A stretch of DNA of 63,403 nt, filler included, from Conidiobolus incongruus B7586 (Eukaryota), in assembly GCA_000697335.1 (NCBI GenBank). It is 8 parts of 8 records of this genome, joined end to end, with 100 filler letters (N's around TTAATTAATTAA, not from the genome) between each part and the next. Parts side by side here need not be neighbours in the genome. Positions count along the whole stretch, not along the records: positions 7,830 to 17,049 come from JNEM01006517.1; positions 17,150 to 18,269 come from JNEM01006519.1; positions 18,370 to 28,815 come from JNEM01006520.1; 5 more parts are not named here. The stretch is one strand, 5' to 3'. The notes under the pieces are model-generated. The model was not told where the DNA came from and searched no databases. It was given only the letters and a program-made list of their open reading frames with translations. Every line of letters starts with the position of its first letter. Positions within the stretch are counted from its first letter, which is position 1. Positions 13,236-27,205 of the stretch are shown here, piece after piece. The translations under genes and the position numbers were made by a program.

Positions 13236-14773
13236 CTATTCGACCTGAGTTTGAAATATAAATTGCTCAATTTGGGCGTTGGCTTCTTGGGGATCTTCAC
13301 TTAATCTAAGTTTAGAGGTTTAATAAATAGTGTAATCCTTACGTATGTGAAAATGCTTACGTTTCTAATTTCCATGTATAGGTATCGTTGGAGAATTTGA
13401 AAAATCGATGTTGCCATTGTTGACCTTGGGCTTCCCTGGCCTTGGTGCGCGTGCGCTGAGCTTCTTCAATTTTGGTCTTTTCTTCTGTAGCAGGGTCAAT
13501 TTGATTGGCAGTGAGATTGGATGTTACATGCTGCCACAATCTAAAATTAATAATTATAAGTATCTGAGTAATATTAATATATACTAATTCTACAAACCTA
13601 ATTGATTCAAATTCGCCTTGCTCTTCAATAGGTTTGACAGTTCTTGGGAAGAGAGGCATGGATTCAATATCTAAGAATAGTTCTTCAGGTCCATTCTGAA
13701 CAATTTATTAATTATGAAAATTGTCGAACTAAAAATAAAAATCACCTTTGGAGTAATTGTAACTTTGTCAGTCCAGTGACCGTTCAATTCGTAGAGAGTG
13801 TCATTAGAACTCAATTTCTTTATCTTACCATTAACTACGTGGTAAGATCCACCAAACATACCCTAATCAAAATAAGTCCAATCAATCATTATATCAGTCG
13901 TGTAATTTACTTTAGTCTTAAATTCCATTTTCGATACAAGATCCGTCTTCTTACAAGTAATGGTAGAAGTATCACCCATATCCATGGTCAATTTGCCGAA
14001 TAAGATACCATAAGCGTACAAGTTGGGATAGGTAACTATATACTCTTCGCCAGGGTGGTTCAAAAGAGTAATCTTACAACTGCCTTCTAACAATGAACCG
14101 GCGCTAGTACCGTAAAATTTCGATTTGGGACGCATATCACCCTGGATAATAAAGTTGTTTTCTGGGGAAGCGAATACAAAAGCTGAAATGGGGGGATGAT
14201 GGCTCACTTGCTCAGCCAAAAAGTAACATTTGGTACCATTATCAAAATGCCATTGACATCGGAAGTACTCACCGAGTACTGGATTATAAGGTTTACGAAC
14301 TCCCTATATAATTTGAACTTGTGGTTAATTTATCATTACTTAATAAATAAATTTGGCATTTTTTTTAACTATCAATTTCAATTTAAAATATTATTTTTAC
14401 ATAAAGTAAAGATTTATAGATATTACTTTAGGACGAATATGCCAACCGGATAGGAAATATTTTGTAATAGCTACCATTCTTTCTTCAGGAGTAGGTAACT
14501 TTGATACACTAAATTATCATAAAAATTCAGTTTAGTCTGAACAATTTTCACAACTTAGCTAGCAATTTACTTGATAATAAGTTCAGGATGCGACATAAAA
14601 TCCGTCAACTTTTCTAAAAAGGACCTTGGTTCGAGGACAAAAGTAGGTAAGGTAACACGATGCAAATCAGCACCTTTACCGAGTTGACTTATGATATTTA
14701 ACAAAATATTTTTAGCATTAGCTTCCAAAACTTCTTCACCTTCCACTTCATCTTTTGTCTTATTATTAGTCAT
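13236..14773 (-). CDS. OSH6: Short oxysterol-binding-protein family member, Osh6/Osh7 (ORP5/8)-type PS/PI4P exchanger; multi-exon
   Basis: EQVSHHPP fingerprint, SGWHIRPKGVRKPYNPVLGE, lid motif LPTFVLE typical of PS-binding ORPs, ATEEKTKIEEAQR; last exon ends FQTQVE-TAG at 13236. Confidence 0.92.
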
Positions 14774-16840
14774 TTGATATATGTATATATTTTATATTTA
14801 AATTATTATTATATATTTTTATATGAATATTAAATTAATAACAATAATTAAAGAGAGAGATATGGATTAGAATTAATAATGGATAGTTTTAATTAATTTT
14901 AAAATTATAAGTTTCAAAATGTAAAATGATAATTTAATTTAGTGTGAATTTTTTTGGTTTAATTAACCTTTTTTCAAGTTTGATTTAAATATTTTTTTCC
15001 TATTGCAAAATATGTAATCATTCATTACAGTCACTCTTCTGTATCCAGCTTATCTGGAAGTTGGGTCCATTCTTTACACTGGAAACTACTACCTTACAAA
15101 ACCTAGCATCAAATCAGCATAATTCAAAAATTAGAAACCGCATTAACCAAATCACCTCCATATCGACCAATTATTTAATAAATACTCAACATTTTCAAAC
15201 TATGAAAAATTCATGGCTGATGAGCCTTTCCTACTAAATAAAGTGATTCAGCAATTTTTTTAAATGCTAAATTATTTCATGTGCGTGTGAAATGGTGATA
15301 TCACCTTGGGAATAGGTGGTTACTGATGCTATTTTTATCAATTTAAGATATTGGTTAATCTGTTAATGAATAATGATCTATAGAGTTTTTTTATTCAGAT
15401 ATACTAAACATTATTGGCAGACCACTTATTAAAAAATATTTAATTATTTGAATCAAATGAAAAAATTAATACAGATTTCTAGAGTGCTTTTGTAATAACT
15501 TGATTAATGAAATTAGGAATGAATTAATCTTAATATGCTAATAAAATATAATATCAACAATTAAAAAATAACAATAATATTAAAGTTATTAGAATTATAT
15601 CATATATAAAATTTTTAGGTTAAAAGCATAAGAATCTAATATACATTATTTTCATCCCTTTCTGTTTATTTTTTCAACTATAGTATCAAATATGATGATG
15701 CAATTTGCAAAAATTAAAATGTTAATATTAAACAATTTTTGCTATACCAAGATTACTATTAAATTTATATTAAAAAGAAAATAAAGTAATAATTCAATTT
15801 TGGAATATTTTACAATTTAAAATATATAGTATTATGAAATAATTATGGATAAAATTAAATACATAATAATTAAAGAGTTAAATGAAAAAATTGAATATAA
15901 ATTCCAAATCATCAATTAGTGTTAAAATTTAACTGATAATATTTGAATTTCGAAGAATAACAAAATTATTCTAATTTCAAAATAATAGTAAACTAAACTA
16001 TTTGCAATAAATTTTATTAATATAATATATAATCATTAAATAATGAATTCAAATGATTAATATTTGATACCTAAAAAGATATTTGGTCAATGAATTAATT
16101 CGTCATTCGATATCTTCGGAAAGAAGGCAAGCATATCAATTAAATATTTTTCACAATATTGATTTGTAATATCATGCCAACTGATATTAAGAGCTATATC
16201 CAGATTGTTATATCATGAGCGAATAATTTGCATTCTGCTCTCTTCCATTTAAAAAAAATATACTCTATATGGAATTAAGGAATGGTAGATATCTGGATAA
16301 GTATTGTAAATCAAATTTATAATTATGAAACAACTCCTTAGATTGAGAACAGATATTAATATGTTATATAATCAGTTATAATTAATGCTTTACTAATATT
16401 AAATATTTTCGATGTAGTTATTAAATCAAGAACAAAGAGGTAATAATTGATAACTTCACCGTATCAAAATGCGGATGATGTATTGAGGTACATGATTTAC
16501 TCAATTCAATACATAAGGATAGGTTTCTTTTTTGTAAATTGGGTACTATTTGGCAAGTTTGTTCAACCTTTATTACCCTACCATCCCTTGGTCGTATTCC
16601 TACCTGAAACCCTGCTTCATTAAAGTAATATATATGTTCATTATTAGAATTTTTCTTGTTTTTTTACAAATCCCTCATTTATGATTTTCTCGTAAAATCA
16701 GCATCGTTAAGATAATAAAGCTGATTCACAATTGTGCTATTACTCTGCATTTTTAATAATGGGAATTTTTTGCGATTAAAAATAAATAAACATTTGAATA
16801 TATGATATATAAAAATAAATATATAATATAAATTTAATAG

Positions 16841-17049
16841 TTTCCTTTATTATTAATAACTTTTTGCCATACTTTTGGCAAACTTCTAACACCTAAAAAA
16901 CAGTTCTTTTTATTAAGGACTGAAATTTGATGTTTCACAAACCAATTAAATTTTCCTGCAGAAATTTTCTTTCCTGCAAGCTGGTTTTTTAATTGCCCAA
17001 AGCAATTATAATCACATGGGTTATAATCAGGGGAATATACTGGATGTGG
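16841..17049 (+). repeat. Least-mutated copy of the 7369/8300 repeat family, running into a gap
   Basis: Colinear with ~7369-7570 but retains C/G where that copy has T/A. Confidence 0.7.
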
Positions 17050-17149
17050 NNNNNNNNNNNNNNNNNNNNNNNNNNNNNNNNNNNNNNNNNNNNTTAATTA
17101 ATTAANNNNNNNNNNNNNNNNNNNNNNNNNNNNNNNNNNNNNNNNNNNN

Positions 17150-18269
17150 TAATAAGAAGTATATCTAAAGATTAATTAATATAAGTAAGTATAATATTAT
17201 TATAAAAATACAACAGGAACTATAAGACTATATAAGAATATTAGTTAATATTAATATTATTATATATACTTTATATTAATATAGATATTGCTTATGTTTT
17301 AAGAAAAAAAACCTTCAACTAAAGAAATTCCATTGTAAAGCTAGGTAAGAGTTTAAATATCATCATTAATATTAAACTCAAACTAATTAAAATAAGGTTA
17401 TTTAATTTAATAAAGCAAAAATATACTTTAGTGGATTTAATAAAAGGGGTAGATATTTTAAAAAACATGTAAAACTACTTTATAACTATTATGTTAATTT
17501 TACCCAAAAGTATAATAATAGGTTAATTACTATTTAAAGATATATATTATATTTAGATATAAGGTATTTTTGTAAAATTAATAAGGGAATTAATGTTAAT
17601 ATATACTAAAGTATTTTAAACAATAAATTAAAAAAAACTATTGAATAATATAGGTTAAATAAATCTAATATTACTTTCCAACAAGATAATGCTTTTTATT
17701 TTATTTTAACTTTTATTACCAAATAGCTTAAAAATTATAAAATAATAGTTATAAAGTAGCTTCTTTAATTTCTTAATCTTAACCTAATTAAATATCTTTA
17801 AAATTAGTTAAAAAAAGCTATTAAAGCTTTCCCCTTAATAAAAGATTTAAATCAACTTTAAAAATATATTTAAGAAACATAGAATAAGATTAACCCTTTT
17901 TAATATAAAAAGTTATTTGATTTTATACCCTACAAACTTAAAAAAGTTAAAAAAACTAAAGATAAATATACTAGGTTTTAATTTTTTTTTCACCAAAAAC
18001 CCATAAATTTATAATTTAGGTAAAATTTAAAAGTTTATATTATAACCAATTAATAACTAAATATCATCATTTAATAATATAAATTATTAATAATTATAAT
18101 AGATTTTTATTATCTAATTTAGGTTTATTTTATTATATATTAATCAAGTTATTAGTAAAAATATAAGTGTTTTTGATTTTATAATTTATATCTTTTGGTT
18201 AATATATATATCATAAATTTAATAAATATATTCTATTACTTAATTAACTAATTATAATAAAAATAATAT
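17150..18269 (+). mobile_element. Tc1/mariner (DD34E-type) transposase relic, copy 1
   Basis: FQQDNA intact at 17676-17693; *LL*FLNLNLIK at ~17757 reverts to WPPQSPDLNPIE by reversing only C>T/G>A changes; YNNRLITI*R resembles a G/GGSxxxWG motif. Confidence 0.85.
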
Positions 18270-19029
18270 NNNNNNNNNNNNNNNNNNNNNNNNNNNNNNN
18301 NNNNNNNNNNNNNTTAATTAATTAANNNNNNNNNNNNNNNNNNNNNNNNNNNNNNNNNNNNNNNNNNNNTTAATAATTATAATAAAAGATTTTAAATTAA
18401 TGGATTTTATATTCAATATAATATTTTATTGGTAATTTAAATTAAATTAAATTAAATTTATTAATATTATTAGATATTTATATCCAAATAAATTATAAAG
18501 CAATGAATTAATAACATTATAGTATATCAAAATATAGGATTAGTAAATTTTTGATATCAGTTAAAATTAAATTATTATCTTAGATAAAAATAACTATTTT
18601 CCATAGATAATTTAACAATGGATCAATTTTCATGAATTTTTATTTATGTTTTAATCAATATCTTGAATTATCCAAAAGAAAAATCATTTTTAAAATTTGA
18701 TTTCGGATTAGAATTTATAATAGAAACCTGAGATTTAGGAATATAAGGAAAATATGCAATAAAATAATTTAAGTTTACCAAAAAAAATTATTTAAGTAAC
18801 TATATTAGTTATATAATTTAATTTAATAAAATTGGTATGCTTATTATATTTATTGTTAAACTTCAATAATAAGGTACAATGATCATAAAAAATTTAATAT
18901 AAAAAATATAAATATTAGTTTATTTTGATGATTCAAAACTTAAATTTATATTATTAATACTAAGTGACTTCCTCATTATTTTAACAAATTATTATATTTA
19001 TCAGTATTTTGTTTATCTGGAACCACTAT

Positions 19030-20700
19030 ATTTATTTCTGAAGTAAATTTTGGATATTCAAGCTTTAATTGTGTTTGAAGGTGAAGATAATTTAGGTAGC
19101 ACTTGGAATAGGAATAAATATTCAGGATGTGCTTGAGATTTGACCAGTTATATGTATTCGTTGTATGATTATCCCAATCATAGGATTTCATAATTTAATA
19201 ATTAGGTTTCAAATAAAGCTGATTAAAAATATTTATATATATTAGCCTTCTAAATCCTCAAACCGTGTTGAAATAAAAAGACATTTGTCAGCTATCGTTG
19301 ATAAGAACGATATTAGAAAGAATATATTTCTCAATAGATCGGTGGACCAAGTTGTATTTGATAGTATTGAAAACAAATCGAATTTAGTACATACTCACAA
19401 GTTGACCAATGAATCCAAGCACATTGAAGTGTGTATTCTGTTAGTAATTAATAGAAATATCATAAATTTTATTAAACGAGATTTAGTATTGGATGTATTG
19501 GCTATCTTCGCAATCCTAATTTCCACGAGAATTTTAAAGGACAGTTGATGCATATTACCAGATGGAATTCTAATGTTGATTTGAGTGGAAAGAAAATGGG
19601 AGTTATAGGTTGAGGTGCAAGGTAAAGAAATTGAATTGTTGTATAAAATACTGACATTAAACATCAAGTACTATTCAAATTGTACCTAATATTGTTGACA
19701 AAATATCCGGAATACGTTTTTTTCAACCTTTTCCATCATATGTGATACCCAAGAACCAGGTCTGTCTCCAATATTGTCAAATTTTGCATGTGATCTATCC
19801 TATTCCTTTATCAAATATTATTTGTGATCAAATTTAGTTACATTATCGACTTCTAATATTGTGGCTATGACTCAAAATAATTCTTAGGGTGATTTACTTA
19901 CATTGTGTTTCTATACTAATCACTAGGTATTGAAGTTTTTGAATGGGGCAATCGAGCCTATTTGGACAATGAAATTTAAGATTCTGTTAAAAAGAAAGTT
20001 GACCAGCTAGGCTTTTGAATACAAACGTGCAACCCCCTCTGATACTTATAACCAAGCGATACATCAGGACTAAGTTTATACACACAATCGCAGCATTGAT
20101 AAAATACAGAGTAATATTGTATAACTGAAGGATGGTAGCTCAGAGATGTTGGATGTTCTAGTTCTAGGAGCTGGATTCAATAACTAATGACCTTAAAATT
20201 AATTGAAAATTTGTAATCTTGACTGTGATTACATTAACTCATACTTTGGCTGTGCAAGTAAAACATCAAGTCTTAATCTAGGTTTTAGATGCTCTAAAAC
20301 ACCCAAGTTTTTAATGATTGAAGAGACTCACCATCCAATTGACAAACAGTTCAGCAATATTTGTGATTGAGTGTGATTTAAATTATATCATTAAAATGAT
20401 CAACAATATGAAAACATTAGATTTCGCTGAAGTGAATCTGAAGCCAGAAGTTGGTATCATATTTTGGTAGTGGACTCAGAACTGCGTTAAACATATGATA
20501 TGACATTGCCGTTGCAAGGGTTGGTATCCAAATGTCAATGGTGAGGTAATTTTAGTCTTTTAATTTTATCTTAATTCCTTTTGATATATTTTAGGTTATG
20601 ACAATTAACCAGAATATGATACTTTGTATTAATTTAAAATCTTGAAACCCAATATTAATGACTTCAATTTTATGTTAAACTTTGAAAAAATTAAAATTTC
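19030..20700 (+). pseudogene. Pseudogene of the adjacent Baeyer-Villiger monooxygenase (tandem duplicate)
   Basis: Colinear with 22791-24595 with similar intron positions: FEGEDNLGSTWNRNKYSGCA*DL, GVIG*GA, PSDTYNQAIHQD, AIFVIECDLNYIIKMI; multiple stops and frameshifts. Confidence 0.88.
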
Positions 20701-22790
20701 TAGAAATCTATTATATTTTGGAATTCTATTATTGAATTTTTAATTATATAATAGACTTATTTTTTATAACATCTACAATATATTTAATTTTTTACTATCA
20801 ATTATGTTATGAAATTAAAAAATCTAATCGACTAGATGTATTGAACGTGATAATTTGATCAATTAATCTGGACATTTTCAAAGAATAAAATAATCTATTC
20901 AAATGGTTAATTAATGATTCAATGTATCTAATATTCTAAATTATTTCATTCCATATGGCAAATGTGTTTATATTTTTATATTAATGGTATTGATATATAT
21001 ATATATATATATATACTAACTACTTTAGAATTACCATTACATCATTCAGTTACACATCCATTAATTAAAATATATTAAATGATATAACATTTTCGTTAAG
21101 TATATCTAATATATTAAGTTTCAATTTTATATACAGTTATTAAAGTCAATCTAATGCAAATTATTATAATCTAATTATTACACTTAAGTTGTTATCCATA
21201 AGATATTTTAACTAGATTTAATCATTATTACGTATTTGATAAAAAAATAAATTCATTATTGATATTAAAAGAAACCAATTCATTTTTAATACCAGTTATA
21301 TTACTATAAGTGATTTCACTAAAAATTAAGCGAGAATATTATCATATATAATATATTGTTACCCAATGTAATCATATTGAGACTATTATAATATAGTTAA
21401 ATATATCTTGTTCAAGGATAAAATAAGATTGAAATTTATTTAAGAAAAACAATGGTTAAGATATTGCTTGAAAAGTACAAACTAATTATTAATTATTAAT
21501 TATTAATGCTAAAATTTAGCAATTCAACGATATTATTCCTTACATAATAATACATAGAATTTTGAGTAATTCAATTATCAAATTGAATGAAGTTAGATAA
21601 CTCTTTAATCAAAGAAATATTTTGAAAAATTATTAAACATCTATAAAAATCAAAACAATATATACTTAATAATAAAATTTTAATATATATTCGAATCTTA
21701 ATTTTTCGTATTATAACAGTAGAATCTATGGTTTGCAATTTATATACATGTCATTATTTGTTTAAATTCAGTCTATCAACAATATAATAGATTTTATGTT
21801 ATTTACTTAAAGATATTAATCATCAATCCATAAACTTGCCTTTGAGGCATGGTAACTCTTGCTAACATCACTTAAAGACAAGAATGTTGAATAATATATC
21901 AAACTTCAAAAAGTGAATAACTGCACAAAATCAAATTCAATAAATTATTGCCATATTTTCTCAATCAAATTAATTCAGTATCTCTGTCAAATCTCAATTG
22001 AAAGATTAATTATCAATTATAATTATTTGTGTGAGTAAAATTAAATTTATTGGCCATACATAACTTCAAAATGAAGAAACTTAGAATATATTATATTTTG
22101 AGTAATAGTTTTCATATAATTTAATCCTATGAAATGATCTTTAGTGGGTGAATCTTATAATTTTACTAAGAATGTCACCGATCACGTGAAGAATATTCCA
22201 ACATATATACAGCTCAACAAATTTATGAATTTTAATCATGAGATTATAATTACTACATTAATAAGCAAAAAACCAACAGGATCATGAAGAACCCTTTAAT
22301 AAGTAGTTACGATGCAAATAAAATTTGCTAAAATATTCATTTGCTAAACAAAAAAATCAATTCCCCTATTTGATTTATTAGGGAATTTTATGAATTATAA
22401 TAATCAAATTAACATTTGGTAATTGTACTTAATAATGATTACTAGATATTAGCCAATTTTTAAATTGAATGAGATTTAATTTTTCATTAAAATTCTTTAT
22501 TTTTCAATATATCAGAAATATATTTCTCAATATCGACCGATATTTTTTGTAATACGATGTTTAATCAATTTATCAAATGAAATAAGTATTTCAGTTAGAT
22601 AATCATACGAGGAGTTTGGTAATCCAATAATTTCTTCTAAAATTACAAGGGAATAAAAGTTTGGCAAGCATTGTTTATGTATGATATTATGTGAATTCCA
22701 TAACTATTACACAATGTGAAAAAAGGTATATAAAGTTCACAAAACATCAAATTTTAAAAAAAATTAATATTTTAATTGAAATTCAGAAAA

Positions 22791-24595
22791 ATGATAAATA
22801 TAACATATTCAGATGGCTCAAAACCAAAAATTGCTATTATTGGAGCTGGGTAATTGTGAATAAATCAATTAATGATAACATTAACATTAGTCTAGTTTGT
22901 CAGGGATTAATGTGTCCATATCACTTAAGAAGCATTTGAATATCCATGATTTCATTGTTTTTGAAGGTGAAGATGATTTAGGTGGCACTTGGCATGTGAA
23001 TAACTATCCAGGATGTACATGCGATGTAACTAGTCACTTGTATTCATTTTATGAATATCCCAATCCAAGTAATTAATATTTTATGAATTCAATAATACAA
23101 ACATTTGATAAAGTATATAAATATAGACTGGTCTTCTAATTTTGCAAAAAGTGGCGAAATTAAAAATTATTTAGCAGAAATCGCCGATGCCAACGATATT
23201 AGAAAGAATATTTTATTCAATACTTGGGTCAATCAAACAAAATTTGATGAAATTAATAGCAAATGGAGTTTAATATATACTCACAAGTTAACCAATGAAG
23301 TGAAGCAAATTGAAGTGGATATTTTGTAAGTATAGTATACTACCATTAATTTTGATTTTAACACTATTTAGGATTGGGTGTGTTGGCTACATCCGTATTC
23401 CCAATATCCCTGAGGAATTCAAAGCATTTGAAGGGCATATGATTCACACTGCCAGATGGGATTCTAATATTGATTTGAATGGTAAAAAGGTGGGAGTCAT
23501 AGGCTCGGGAGCAAGGTAAAGAGCTTAATTTCAGTAATCAACACTCAATTCACACCCTATTTTTAGCGCCGCACAGGTAGTACCGAGTATCGTTGACAAA
23601 GTATCTGAATTACATCTTTATCAAAGGACACCGGTGTATGTGATACCTAAAAATGAAATCGCACATTCTAAATTTTTTAAATTTTGCATGAGATGGGTCC
23701 CATTTCTTTATACTCTATATTATTGGATATTATATATAATCGTAACACTATTTTCTTATCACCTATCAAATAATAATTAATTTATTAGGGCGAAATTTTC
23801 ATCTTAGGATTTTTTAATAATTGGTGGATTTGGATACTACCAACTTGGGTAAATCGATTGTATTTGAGGTTTACTATTAATGATCCTAAAAAAAGAGAGA
23901 TGATGACACCTAAATATCGCTTTGGTTGTAAGCGTATAATTCCTTCAGATACATATTATCAAGCAATCAATCAGGACAAGGTTTATATACACGATGGCAA
24001 CATTGATAAAATCCGAGGCAACATGATATTCTCCAAAGATGGAAGCTCAGAAGGTTTGGATATTTTGATTCTAGCAACTGGATACAATAGCCAATCACCA
24101 TATCACGACTTGGATATTCGTAATCTAGACGGAGATCATATAGACTATTGTTTTAACAGTCCTACCAAAGCCCCAAGTCTCAATCTAGGTATTACATACT
24201 CGAAAACACCGAATTTTTTCATGACTGAAGGTCCTACAACCCAATTGGCAACCAGTTCAGCAATATTTATGATTGAGTGTGAGGTAAATTACATCATTAA
24301 AATGATCAAAAATATGATGATCTTGGATTTAGCTCAAGTGGATCTGAAGCCAGAAGTTGGTGATGCATATTGGCAATGGATTCAGGCCCGCGTTAAATCC
24401 ATGGTTTGGCACGGTCATTGTAAGAGTTGGTACCTAAATAACAAAGGAGAGGTAACATCAAAGCTTGTTTCTTTTATTCAAGTACTCATTTTAGGTGTTT
24501 AGGTTATGGCAATTTGGCCAGGATTTACAACTGAGTTCTATTTCAAAACCTTGAATCCAAATATTGAAGATTTCAATTATAAGCTTAAATATTAA
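22791..24595 (+). CDS. Type I Baeyer-Villiger/flavin-containing monooxygenase (FAD/NADPH), multi-exon
   Basis: IAIIGAG|LSG Rossmann motif, GGTWHVNNYPGCTCD, FEGHMIHTARWD (FxGxxxHxxxWD fingerprint), VIGSGASAAQ, FGCKR, DILILATGY, CKSWYLN..G. Confidence 0.93.
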
Positions 24596-26913
24596 AGTTG
24601 CCAATTAATTAATATGAATTTGGCGATATTCAAAAATACATGAAAAATTTGTTATTTGGATTTGATAGTATGATTATTTTAATTTTTAATATTTTAAAAG
24701 TCATTAAATACCATTTGATCTCTTATTTACTAAACTAATTCATTATTTGATTGGATGATCAATCCAAGATTTGTAAAATTTCGAGTATAAAATATTTTAT
24801 TTTAGAGTTAATAATAATTTTACTCTCAATATAATAAATTCAGACAAAAAATATCAATGTTGGCTATATATTCAATGAATCCAATTATTATAGGCTAAAT
24901 TTTTAATTGTGCATTAATATTTATAGTATTATGTTATCGTTTTGTGTTAATTTTTGGTGGTTCGCTATTTGAATAATTAATTGAGATCTGATTGTAACCA
25001 TTTTTTATTTCATATTTAATGTAAAACAAAATAAACTAAATTAAAATGGTTTGTTGAATCAACTTGATTATTATTATTTAAATAATACTATAATTAATGG
25101 TTTAAAAATAAACTAATATATTTCAGCTATTTACTGGTATTTTAGAGAATTTTAAATGCAGTAATGTAGTGGTTTTTATGTAGAAATCAATTGACTATCT
25201 GCAATAAGGTATTAACCAAATGCAAGATACTTAGATGAACTTGCGATAGTTGTTGAAACTTGGAAGATATCTAATAAAAATAATAATTACAATCTAATAG
25301 AATTACTGTTATTATTTATTAACATAAAGTTCATAAATCAAAAAATGATGCATTCAAATGATTTTATTAAGTATTAATATAAAGAATGAAGGAGAAAAAT
25401 GGGAAAAAGCCAGATTGTTCGAGCCTAGAATCTGTCATTAACACTAAAGATATTATTTCTTAGTTGAACAGCTCCACCAATACAACATAATAGAGTAGTT
25501 AGTATAAGAAATCTTAAATTAATAAGAAATATTGTAATATTTAACTCTCACTAGTGAGCCATATTATCTTAATTAAAAATCTTAGTCTGTTTCATTACCA
25601 GGTTAAGCATAGATTTAACACAAGATAAACCTATACTTCTACATAAGGCCTAATTCCAGCACTCAATAGAATTAAGTGCTGCTTCGAAAATATTTCAAAA
25701 GATGTGTTCAAAATGCACCTGATTTAATTGCCATTTAGATTATAAGACATTCTGATTGAAGAATCGGTTTGCAAGTTGACTGCTCGGGTAAAGCTAATAA
25801 AGAGACTACCCTAGTTAAAAATAAACCTTAATAATCTGGATTATCGGCTTTGATACAAGCTTATTATAAAGTAACGCTTTGTATCCTTCAAGAGGACCTT
25901 CAGTAGCACCAATGGCTTTAATCCAACCAATGATTTTCCGCATATTCCTCATCCAACGCCCCTTCAAGCTCAAATTTGCTTGTTACAAATCCCAAGGAGG
26001 ACGCAACCAGCAAAAGGAGAAACAGTAGCTGAGACCTGCGTTTTTAAAAACAAACCACAACTAGAAATTTATTTTTAGTTCAAAAGGAATACAGGATGTT
26101 TCCTTTGGTACAGGAAGCAACTAAGGGTTACTTCTCAGGTAAATTAAATAAAAGAAAAGCTAAACTCATAAGTCATAGAAAGAACTGAATTGAATATGAT
26201 TCATTTGATATTTAATTGATTCTGATCACCTAAAATTGTCCAAATTCTGGGAAATTTTTATTTGAATCAAAGTCACTAAATATGTCTGTGACTAAAATCA
26301 AATTTAGGAATTCAACTATTTTGGTAATATTATATTTTAAATATTCTTGCAAATATCATCGCATTAAGATAACTTTGGTTAAAATTAAATTTTTAAATAA
26401 CTATATATTATTGAAATTTAATTTTAAATCTATTATATAAAATGAGAAGTCTTTGTTTTTACAATGTATATTGGATTAAAACATAATCTGCTTTAACTAT
26501 TTTATTCCCTATTATTATTACTTGTCTAAGGTTTATAGTTATTTTTAGAAAATTGAATAATTTGTTTTTTTTAATATAAGAGATTTTTCAATTATACTAC
26601 CAAAATTTAAATTACACTGTATAGTCATTGTTTTTTTGATATGCAAATAAAATTTGATATGATGTAATAAGATAATTCTTACACCGAAATCACCATACAA
26701 AATGAATAATCCTAAAATCCATTTACTTCCTTAATTTATCACATTAACCAGTAAAAATCTTCCATCATTCAAAACCATAATATACTGAAAAAAAAATCTA
26801 TTTAAAAAATGCATGAAAAACCATTGTGACGTAAATATTAGTATAAAAACCATTACTCAGACTCAAAGAAATGGTATTATCTATTAAGATCAAATAAAAC
26901 AGTGTTAGTAGCT

Positions 26914-27205
26914 ATGAGTATAAATCCAGCTGAAAATTATAGTCATCTCGTTGGTAAAACATTGATTGAAGTGGGGCAAGAGAATAATTTTCAGAAGACT
27001 GATAACCACGTAAGAAAATTTAGAAAAAATATTTTTTTATTTATTTATTGACTTACATCACTTGGTTTAGATATTAGAGAGTGAATTACCTGAAAATCGC
27101 AGAATAAAGAAACCTGGCTATTTCTATACTTGTGACTTTGACGAAAATCGTCTTGAAGTGACTATTGACTCAGATAGTGTGATCAAGTCAGTCCGTAATG
27201 GTTAA
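26914..27205 (+). CDS. Peptidase inhibitor I78-family protein, 76 aa, no signal peptide; exons 26914-27009, 27071-27205
   Basis: HLVGKTL...ELPENRRIKKPGYFYTCDFDENRLEVTIDSDSVIKSVRNG* fits the LP..R.ikPG...T.D....RL.v.vD..g.i..v..G pattern; not in the ORF track. Confidence 0.82.

Noticed and set aside
16060..16760. Moderately GC-rich stretch with a ~65-codon open frame on the minus strand
   Set aside because: No start, splice model or motif that I could support
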